From Candidatus Kerfeldbacteria bacterium (lineage in GTDB: Bacteria; Patescibacteriota; Patescibacteriia; Veblenbacterales; UBA10138), in assembly GCA_016217875.1 (NCBI GenBank), contig JACRFN010000042.1, positions 1 through 49,002 on the forward strand: DNA of 49,002 bases. The letters run 5' to 3'. Below the pieces are notes generated by a model. That model was not told the origin of the DNA. It saw nothing but the letters and a program-made list of their open reading frames with translations, and searched no databases. Position 1 is the first letter of the stretch; each line of letters starts with the position of its first letter. Positions 1 to 6,897 of the stretch are shown piece by piece. Both the position numbers and the translations under genes were made by a program.

Positions 1-173
1 AGTTCGTCCCTTTGAACTGAAAAGTGCAGCAGACGAGTGGTTTAATGAAGATGCAAGTACAGGAGAGTCAGTTCGTCCCTTTGAACTGAAAAGTGCAGCA
101 GACATGTATGAATTTTAAGAGTGTGAATTTTCTTAAGTCAGTTCGTCCCTTTGAACTGAAAAGTGCAGCAGAC
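1..173. CRISPR. CRISPR array edge: three copies of a 37-nt repeat (the first cut by the window start) with two unique spacers
   Basis: Repeat GTCAGTTCGTCCCTTTGAACTGAAAAGTGCAGCAGAC occurs at 1-34 (truncated), 67-103 and 137-173, identical wherever visible. Spacers at 35-66 (32 nt) and 104-136 (33 nt) are unrelated to each other. The repeat has an internal 6-bp hairpin, CAGTTC/GAACTG. Confidence 0.85.
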
Positions 174-354
174 CTCAGGATACTTTGGCGGCTTAAAAAA
201 ATACTGGTGGATAGGCATTTTACTTATCCCAGCTGCGGCGTTTGAGGTTTATTTTGACTGGGGGCACATCTATTTCCCCATGGCAATTGGCCTTATCGGT
301 TGGCTGGTGGGCCTTGGTGTCGCCAAGCTTCTACCGCACAAACAGGCTGTGTAG
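163..354 (+). CDS. Doubtful small hydrophobic ORF (63 aa, two TM-like segments) starting with GTG inside the last CRISPR repeat
   Basis: Known only from the ORF track. It has hydrophobic stretches, no ATG start, no RBS, and its start lies inside the repeat. Confidence 0.2.
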   Translation: MQQTSGYFGGLKKYWWIGILLIPAAAFEVYFDWGHIYFPMAIGLIGWLVGLGVAKLLPHKQAV

Positions 355-383
355 TGCCTGCGTCGCTAATCTAGCCATAGTAA

Positions 384-415
384 CTATTCCACTATTCGCG
401 CGAATAGTGGAATAG
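384..415. repeat. Perfect 32-nt palindrome (family P1), CTATTCCACTATTCGCGCGAATAGTGGAATAG
   Basis: The sequence is its own reverse complement. A near-identical copy lies at 28851-28882. Confidence 0.8.
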
Positions 416-452
416 TGCAAATACATATTTTATTACGTAATTAATTATGTAC

Positions 453-486
453 CTGGCTCTAATTCGCGCGAATAGGCGAATAGTCT
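453..486. repeat. P1-related 34-nt element, CTGGCTCTAATTCGCGCGAATAGGCGAATAGTCT
   Basis: Its reverse complement matches 41523-41556 at 32 of 34 positions. It shares the TATTCGCGCGAATA core with 384-415. Confidence 0.75.
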
Positions 487-494
487 GAAAACCT

Positions 495-519
495 AAAACC
501 TACCTTGGTGGTAGGTTTT
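495..519 (-). terminator. Hairpin downstream of fmt, a probable intrinsic terminator
   Basis: A 10-bp stem AAAACCTACC/GGTAGGTTTT with a 5-nt loop. On the minus strand it is followed by AGGTTTTCAG (T-rich). Confidence 0.5.
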
Positions 520-545
520 ATGCATCAGCTTGACTGCGGTTAAAC

Positions 546-1484
546 TTAAATTATCAAGTTCGCACCGACAAACTTCGGATAACCCCGTAAAAATTCGTCG
601 CTAGACAAAGGCTTGCTTCCTTCCAACTGTAGCGAATGAATAACAAGCCCGCCCATACCGCAGCCGATGACGAGTCGACTGTCCTTAAGCTCCACCCTGC
701 CCGGCTGGCCAGCATAATCAGACAAGACAGCCGTATCAATAAACTTTAAACGCTTACCTTGCCATATAGTCCACAGCCCGGGCCAGGGGATGAAAGCGCG
801 ACGTTGTCTGTCTAATTCTGTTGCGCTTTTGGTAAAATCCGCTTTCCCATCTTCTCGCCTAATCATTTTAGTGAAAGTGGCCCGTGTGTGGTCCTGCGGA
901 GTGGTGGAGAGTGAGCCTAATAAGTAAGAGGAAAGAGTAGAGAGTAAGAGTTTGACCGACATCTCAACTAGTTTTTTTGAAAGCGTTGGTGTGTCGTCGG
1001 TGGCTGTAATGTCGCACTTCTCCTGCGCCAAAACCGGACCGTGGTCAACTTCTTCATCAAGTATTACCAAGCTGACGCCGGTTTCTCTGGCCCCGTCTCG
1101 TAGGGCGTACTGAATAGGCGCCGGGCCGCGATAAAGAGGTAAAAGCGAAGGATGAACGTTCACTATACCCTTAGGGTATAAATCCAACACCGACTTGGGT
1201 AAAATTTTGCCAAAAGCGGCCAAGATAGCCACTGGTTCCTGGCCACTGGTCAATCGTTCTTGTACTTCTGGTGATCTTAAGGTTTTGACCTCCAATAACG
1301 GTAAATTTTTCTCTTGAGCCAGCGCAGATACCGGAGTCGGTACCAGTTTTAAACTGCGTCCGGCTGGTTTGGGTTCGGTAGACACCACTAAAGACGGCTT
1401 AAACCCGGCCTGAAGTAAACCACTTAAAATAACAGCTGAAAATTCAGAGGTACCGTAATATACAAACTTTAGATCAGAAATCAT
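546..1484 (-). CDS. fmt: Methionyl-tRNA formyltransferase
   Basis: The N-terminal YYGTSEFS block, NVHPSLLPLYRGPAPIQ (formyltransferase core), a ~310-aa size, and the position directly downstream of def. Confidence 0.9.
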   Translation of the reverse strand: MISDLKFVYYGTSEFSAVILSGLLQAGFKPSLVVSTEPKPAGRSLKLVPTPVSALAQEKNLPLLEVKTLRSPEVQERLTSGQEPVAILAAFGKILPKSVLDLYPKGIVNVHPSLLPLYRGPAPIQYALRDGARETGVSLVILDEEVDHGPVLAQEKCDITATDDTPTLSKKLVEMSVKLLLSTLSSYLLGSLSTTPQDHTRATFTKMIRREDGKADFTKSATELDRQRRAFIPWPGLWTIWQGKRLKFIDTAVLSDYAGQPGRVELKDSRLVIGCGMGGLVIHSLQLEGSKPLSSDEFLRGYPKFVGANLII

Positions 1485-1579
1485 GAAACAAACTAATGCA
1501 AAATTGAAAAATCAAAGCTTGGCTTTGACCCCGATGACCATCGGGGTGGTTGCTAAAGCAACCAAAATCAAAATTATCT

Positions 1580-2083
1580 TTACATTTTGATTTTTTCATT
1601 TTGAGTGTATTTAGCTAAAAGCTCCGACCCTTGAGTAATCTCCTTAGTTTTATCAATGAATAGAACGCCATTTAAATGGTCAACTTCATGTTGGTACACG
1701 CGAGCCATAAGACCATCTAACCACTCTTCCCTGGTCTGGCCGCCCAAGGTTACATATCTGGCCAAAATCTTCTGCGGGCGCTTAACTATGCCAAAGACGC
1801 CTGGAATGGACAGACACCCCTCTTCCATCGCCACTTTTTTCCAGGAACGCTTTAGAATCACCGGATTCACGTAAGCGGTGGGCTCGAGGGGAGTATTAAC
1901 AACCATTAGCTGCAAACTTCGCCCCACCTGCGGCGCAGCCAAACCAATGCCGTCGTAATGCTTCATGGCCGGAAACATTTGCTTAGCCAAAGCTTGCACC
2001 TCGGCACTCAGCGGCAGCGAAACCTGCTCCGTCACTTTACGCAATATGGGGTCGGGGGCAATGACTAAGGGAAGCATAATCAA
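1580..2083 (-). CDS. def: Peptide deformylase
   Basis: All three deformylase motifs are present: GIGLAAPQVG, EGCLSIPG, QHEVDHLNG. Confidence 0.93.
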   Translation of the reverse strand: MIMLPLVIAPDPILRKVTEQVSLPLSAEVQALAKQMFPAMKHYDGIGLAAPQVGRSLQLMVVNTPLEPTAYVNPVILKRSWKKVAMEEGCLSIPGVFGIVKRPQKILARYVTLGGQTREEWLDGLMARVYQHEVDHLNGVLFIDKTKEITQGSELLAKYTQNEKIKM

Positions 2084-2157
2084 TGAAATCCAAAATCAAA
2101 ATGACAAATATCAAATTAACTACCAACTTTGACATTTGAGCTTTGACATTTGACATT

Positions 2158-4023
2158 TCAACTTAATACCGTTCGAGGGTGCCTGTCAATAATAACGTCA
2201 TCGGGCAAAACGCGCCACAGAGCCTCGGGGTTAAAACCTCGCCCGTAACGTAAGAGCAGATGGAACCTGTAGCGACCCCTGACTTGCTTATAATAGTCAG
2301 GATAAGGCCCAACCAGCTTGGCTTGAGCTTTGAGTTTGGGGGCAATTATATTATAAACTGATCGAGCTTGCCTTAAGGCTTCATCTTCGAGTGGTGACTG
2401 AACCGTAAAACGGACTAGGCTGGCAAAGGGAGGATAGTTGAACATTTTTCTTTGCTCGAGTTCGGCGGCATAAAAAATCTTTGGGCTACGGGCCATCAGG
2501 CTTCGCCAAATGTAATGATCTGGACGATAAGTTTGTACGACCACTTGCCTGGCACCGCAAGTGACAAAGTGACGTGCAGTTTGCCAAACCTGTTCCGCCT
2601 GTTGCCACTCAGGCACCGCCAACTCGGCGTCAGGCAAAACCATGGCCAAAAGCCCAAAGGTGCTGAAGTCAAGATAACGCCAAGCGGCCCTGCTGCCAAT
2701 AACTAGCTGGGCTGACTTAGCCAAAGAGGCTCGGGCAGGGCTAACTGCGCCTTCCAAGACCAGCAGATTAAGCCTGGGCCAGGTGTGCGCTATTTCATCT
2801 TCCAGTTTAGACAAACCAGTGCCAAGATATTTAATATTGAGGCCCCGACAAGCCGGACAGGGCAACGGCAGGCGGCTCATCGTGCCGCAGTTGTAACAGG
2901 TGAGCTTATTATGCCTGGCCTCCCAGGCCATAGGCCGGGCGCACTTGGGACAATTAACCACGTAGCCGCAATCTCGGCAAATAACCGAAGTGGCGGTACC
3001 GCGGCGATTAAGATAAAGAAAAGCCCTTTGTCCCGAGTCAATGGTTTTTTGTAAAAGCTCTTGCAGTTCCGGTGCTAATATCTGCTTGGACCCGGTGTTC
3101 TGGGCGCCACTAAGATTAATTACCGCCACTGAGGCGGGCGGGCGGGGGCCTAATTTTTGCCAGGATAAATTCCCTTGTTGATAATCATGCCAAGTTACAA
3201 CCAAAGGAGCCGCTGAGATAAGGGCTAAGGACCCGCTCCACAACTTAGCTAACCACTTAGCTACTTCTAAAGCGTCATAACGGGGGTTTTGGTCAGACTG
3301 CTTATAGTTGTCACAGGCCGCCCCATCTACCACGATACCGCCTAAAGAACAGAAGGGTAAGAATAACGCCGCCCTGGTGCCGATGATTAACTGGACCCGC
3401 CCGTCTCTGATATTTTCCCAGGCTCGGCGCTTGTCTGTCAGCTTGGCCTCGGCTGAGTAAGTAGTAATGGTAAAAACTTTAGCCAAATGCTCGCACCAAT
3501 AAGCCATATCAGATATTTCCGGCACCAACAATAATAGTTGTTGGCGGCGTGCCGTCACGTGAGTAGCCAAAGCTTTAACTAAAGATAAACGTTTATCGGC
3601 TTGCTCCACCAAAACTGCCAAGGAGGAACGTTGCCTCGCCCCTTGAGACAGGCCGGCAATCTCTGCGTAGGCGGCCGGGGCAAAACGCCTATTGGGCAAG
3701 AATGGCACAGCCAAGCCTAGGGCCGAACCAAATGCCACGCCATAGTGATCAGCCACCTGACGCGCTAGAGACAGCTGCCTTGTAGTAATAAATTTTTTGG
3801 CCAGCTGAGCTGATAAAACTTTGAGCTGGGAGACAGGCACCCGGGTGCGCTGTTTAAGTCGCACTACGGCGCCGTTTACCATCCGCCCGCGGAACGGCAC
3901 CTGTACCAGATCGCCCACGGCCAACTCATCAGCCAGTATCCCGGGAACAAGGTAATCAAAAAAATGCACTCCCCGCGGTAGTCGTCGCAACAGTGCCACT
4001 TCGACCAAACGTGATCTGGGCAT
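2158..4023 (-). CDS. priA: Primosomal protein N' (PriA) homolog with degenerate ATPase motifs
   Basis: Zn-ribbon cysteines CRDCG..CPKC..CYNCG..CPAC, and core blocks LLVPEISD and IIGTRAALFLPF that align to the PriA helicase core. The Walker A and DEAH positions are not conserved (see finding). Confidence 0.8.
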   Translation of the reverse strand: MPRSRLVEVALLRRLPRGVHFFDYLVPGILADELAVGDLVQVPFRGRMVNGAVVRLKQRTRVPVSQLKVLSAQLAKKFITTRQLSLARQVADHYGVAFGSALGLAVPFLPNRRFAPAAYAEIAGLSQGARQRSSLAVLVEQADKRLSLVKALATHVTARRQQLLLLVPEISDMAYWCEHLAKVFTITTYSAEAKLTDKRRAWENIRDGRVQLIIGTRAALFLPFCSLGGIVVDGAACDNYKQSDQNPRYDALEVAKWLAKLWSGSLALISAAPLVVTWHDYQQGNLSWQKLGPRPPASVAVINLSGAQNTGSKQILAPELQELLQKTIDSGQRAFLYLNRRGTATSVICRDCGYVVNCPKCARPMAWEARHNKLTCYNCGTMSRLPLPCPACRGLNIKYLGTGLSKLEDEIAHTWPRLNLLVLEGAVSPARASLAKSAQLVIGSRAAWRYLDFSTFGLLAMVLPDAELAVPEWQQAEQVWQTARHFVTCGARQVVVQTYRPDHYIWRSLMARSPKIFYAAELEQRKMFNYPPFASLVRFTVQSPLEDEALRQARSVYNIIAPKLKAQAKLVGPYPDYYKQVRGRYRFHLLLRYGRGFNPEALWRVLPDDVIIDRHPRTVLS

Positions 4024-4030
4024 AGGCGTA

Positions 4031-4813
4031 TTAACCTAATTCGATCTGCGCCACTAAAAAGCCTACCTTAAAAGGGGCTTCGTAAGAAAGGACTTTGGTG
4101 GTTATCTTACGCTGTCGCAGCCCAGAATATAAAACAGCGGCCGGAGCCCACAAACACTCCCGGCTGCGCCAACGTATGGCCGGATCAATATTGAGCAGGG
4201 TATCAAGCTGGTGGTTGGTAAGGGCGGCTTGAAAAAGCTTATCGAATAAAACAGACTCAGTGACAGCCTGGCCCAAATGATGGGCCAGGTCTCCGCTAGC
4301 CAGTACGACTACCCTGGCCTGAGCCCGTGCCCAAGCTTCTTCTAACAGCTGTGACAGTTTTCCTAAATCATCAAGTGACACTTGTGACGGCACTTGCAGG
4401 CAACAGACAGGCAGGCTATTTAAGGGCTTATCCAAATATGTGAGAGGGATGCTGAAAATGTAAGGCAACTTGACCGGGCTCAACATGGGCAGGGGAAATT
4501 TTGTTTCGCCGCCTTCTTTTAAGAGATAAGTAAAACCAACTGCACCAGTAAACTCACCCTGCGTTACTAAGTCGCCAAATTCGGCAAAGGAGGAAAAAAA
4601 TTTGGGGGCTTGGAGTAAATGATATCCCGCCGCCTCAATGGACTCAGGCTGGGCGGCGATTATTAAAATAACATCTGGTTGTAGGGCGTATAATTCAACC
4701 GCCAATTGCCCAATGGCCGCGCTCGTTTTGACAGCCTGCGCTCTGACCTCGGGCAATAACCCTGGTAAAAGAAGAGGGGAGTGTGGCAACAATCCTGCGC
4801 CGACAATGGGCAT
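4031..4813 (-). CDS. LigB/DODA-like (class III extradiol dioxygenase / Memo-like fold) protein, tentative
   Basis: N-terminal LLPHSPLLLPG and VVVLASGDLAHHLG blocks. The ORF track starts at 4852, but codons 1-13 lie inside the repeated element that is noncoding upstream of serS. The ATG at 4813 aligns with the serS ATG. Confidence 0.55.
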   Translation of the reverse strand: MPIVGAGLLPHSPLLLPGLLPEVRAQAVKTSAAIGQLAVELYALQPDVILIIAAQPESIEAAGYHLLQAPKFFSSFAEFGDLVTQGEFTGAVGFTYLLKEGGETKFPLPMLSPVKLPYIFSIPLTYLDKPLNSLPVCCLQVPSQVSLDDLGKLSQLLEEAWARAQARVVVLASGDLAHHLGQAVTESVLFDKLFQAALTNHQLDTLLNIDPAIRWRSRECLWAPAAVLYSGLRQRKITTKVLSYEAPFKVGFLVAQIELG

Positions 4814-4971
4814 ACCCAGTATATCAATCACAGTAGTAAAGCCGATGTCCATCGGCTCACTACCGGACTTCGCTTCGACCCATGTCTGGGGTAAGAAGCG
4901 GAACGAATTAGGTGAGTGGAGTCCCGCACACCAGGCTTGGCATTGTTGTGTGGGATTGTATTACTGGGCAT
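4812..4971 (-). repeat. MITE-like structured intergenic element, copy 1 (~160 nt, imperfect ~18-nt terminal inverted repeats)
   Basis: It aligns end to end with 27500-27650. The TIR pair is ATGCCCAGTAATACAATC versus ATACCCAGTATATCAATC (14 of 18 match). The internal hairpins are conserved. Confidence 0.75.
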
Positions 4972-4973
4972 AT

Positions 4974-6368
4974 TTAAAAACTGCTAGCAATAGAAGGCCC
5001 CAGCTCGTGAATAGCCAACGCGTCATCAGTCGTAGTCATTATGTTTTTGAGTTCATAACCTAATTCAGTCAGCGCCTGCTCAGAGGTGAACGGTCGCCGT
5101 TGCTTATTGGAAATAAGGTAAACGGTGGGCTCTGTCTTGGAACGAACCAGCTCGCCCTCTTTAAACAAGACTGGAGTGCTGGTGGAATACTGCTCCAATT
5201 GTTGGGCACTGGCTTTGGTAAATTTACGCTTACCAAAGTTGGAAATTAGAATCTCTTTTGACCATAGAGGATGCTTAACGCCATCCCGCACCCAATAAAT
5301 GCCGCCGGTTTTGCGGTCCTGCAGCAGGGTGCCGAGCGGATAAATACTCTTGACGGTAACAGGCTCAGCTTCGCCATAATCAGCCAAGTCCTCTTGGGCG
5401 ACTTTGATAATTTCTTCCGGGTTTACCCCCACGCGGCGTAAGGCCTCCCGCGAAGCAAAGCCCCTGACAGTATCACCCACCACTAAGTAAACGGTGCCCC
5501 GCGGCGTGCGCAAGAAAGAATAATTGGAAAATTTTATCAGCCGCCCTTCCGGATATTTCAAAAGTTCGGTTTTATTAATGGTCAATACCCGATCAAACGA
5601 ATCATAGAGCGACAAATACACCTGACGGCTGGCGAACTTACGACGCTGGCCGGCTTCTATCAGCCAGACTTCTTTCTCCCCCTCAACATTCAACAGCGTA
5701 CCGTCAGGATAACTGCGGGTGAAGTACTTGTTCCAAACTGTCCACAATACCTGGTTACCATGCAAATGCGGCGTATAAGTATAAACGATGGCGGTAGCAC
5801 GATTGGCCGGCACTACGGTCAGACCGTCCACCACCTTGGCCAGGCCTGGCCCGAAGCCGGAAATAGTCCGGCCGGAGGACTCAAGTTGCGGCAGATAATA
5901 AAGCCTAATGCGCTTGGCGGCGTTATATACCTGGTTGTAAAATCCTTTAAATTTCTGAATCACGGGGTCGTTGACATCACAGCCGTCACAAACCGCGTAA
6001 CCAGTGGCCCAATCATAGCTAGAGTTACTGGGCGATGGATCTTCAATCAGGCTTTGCTCCTTTTGCAACAAAGCCAGCAGGAATTTGGGGCTGATCTGAA
6101 AATCCTGGGCGGTGCTGTATATTATCTGGTCGGCCCGCAGAGAAGTAATCGGATCTTTATAAGAAGCTAAAGTACTGCCCTTGGCTAAAAGAAAAGCCTG
6201 GATTTGCGCCAGGTTCAAAGAATTATAATCGAGCAAATCGTCGTCAGACAGAATATAATTCTGATCAAACTCGGCCTGGGCCAAAGCGGGCAGGCTGAAA
6301 AAGGGCTGAGCCAGCAACATAGCCAGCACTACTAGCATAAAAAACAAGCGTTTAACACGCTGAGTCAT
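4974..6368 (-). CDS. Secreted protein, possibly cell-wall associated or a hydrolase-like protein (tentative)
   Basis: An N-terminal signal-like hydrophobic segment ending in ALAQA. The block ISPKFLLALLQKEQSLI resembles blocks seen in peptidoglycan-active proteins. No catalytic motif could be confirmed. Confidence 0.5.
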   Translation of the reverse strand: MTQRVKRLFFMLVVLAMLLAQPFFSLPALAQAEFDQNYILSDDDLLDYNSLNLAQIQAFLLAKGSTLASYKDPITSLRADQIIYSTAQDFQISPKFLLALLQKEQSLIEDPSPSNSSYDWATGYAVCDGCDVNDPVIQKFKGFYNQVYNAAKRIRLYYLPQLESSGRTISGFGPGLAKVVDGLTVVPANRATAIVYTYTPHLHGNQVLWTVWNKYFTRSYPDGTLLNVEGEKEVWLIEAGQRRKFASRQVYLSLYDSFDRVLTINKTELLKYPEGRLIKFSNYSFLRTPRGTVYLVVGDTVRGFASREALRRVGVNPEEIIKVAQEDLADYGEAEPVTVKSIYPLGTLLQDRKTGGIYWVRDGVKHPLWSKEILISNFGKRKFTKASAQQLEQYSTSTPVLFKEGELVRSKTEPTVYLISNKQRRPFTSEQALTELGYELKNIMTTTDDALAIHELGPSIASSF

Positions 6369-6437
6369 GACGCTATTATATCACGGAACAGCCAGTAAGT
6401 GAAAAATAAAATCTTGCTTCCGGCAGCGGCGCCCGAG

Positions 6438-6465
6438 TTGACAAGATTTAACCCTGTGGTAAGTT
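6438..6465 (+). promoter_or_regulatory. Sigma-70-like promoter for the T-box leader
   Basis: TTGACA (6438-6443), a 16-nt spacer, then TAAGTT (6460-6465), about 30 nt upstream of Stem I. Confidence 0.5.
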
Positions 6466-6489
6466 GTTTCTAACAACCTTTACAGCGCC

Positions 6490-6832
6490 TAAAATCGTTG
6501 ACCAGGAAGAGTAGGCGAAGGTCGAGTCTAGCCCAGAGAGGGGAGGATAGTGCGATCTCCCTCTAGGCCGCTTCGCTGAATGGACCTGCGAGATGTAAGC
6601 CGAAATCATGCCGCTTCACGGCATGAGTGTAGTACTTGCCGGCCGTCCCCCGTAACCATGGGAAGCGAGGGTGTTGGTTGAACCACGTTCGACCAAAGCA
6701 CTCGCGAGTGGTCCGACGTAACGTCGGACAACAAAGGTGGTACCACGAAGGTTTGACCATACATTAAGGTTAAAGACCTCCGTCCTTTGATCAGCATGGC
6801 CTTGCCATGCTTTCTGAAGGACGGAGTTTTTT
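6490..6832 (+). promoter_or_regulatory. T-box riboswitch leader (transcription-termination type), specifier codon UGG (Trp)
   Basis: Stem I base CAGG (6503-6506) pairs with CCTG (6585-6588). The specifier loop has AAGAGTAG on the 5' side and T-GAA-TGG-A (6577-6584) on the 3' side. Also present: AGAGAG bulge (6535-6540), distal loop ATAGTGCGA (6547-6555), and Stem III (6711-6729). The T-box sequence AAAGGTGGTACCACG lies at 6733-6747 with a UGGUACC bulge. The antiterminator 3' strand (6777-6789) overlaps the terminator 5' strand. The terminator is CTCCGTCCTT/AAGGACGGAG followed by T6 (6778-6832). Confidence 0.85.
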
Positions 6833-6897
6833 GATAGCCCTTTAACAATTTAGAAAACAACAAACAACGAATTATGAAAACATAAAGGAGAGTCATC

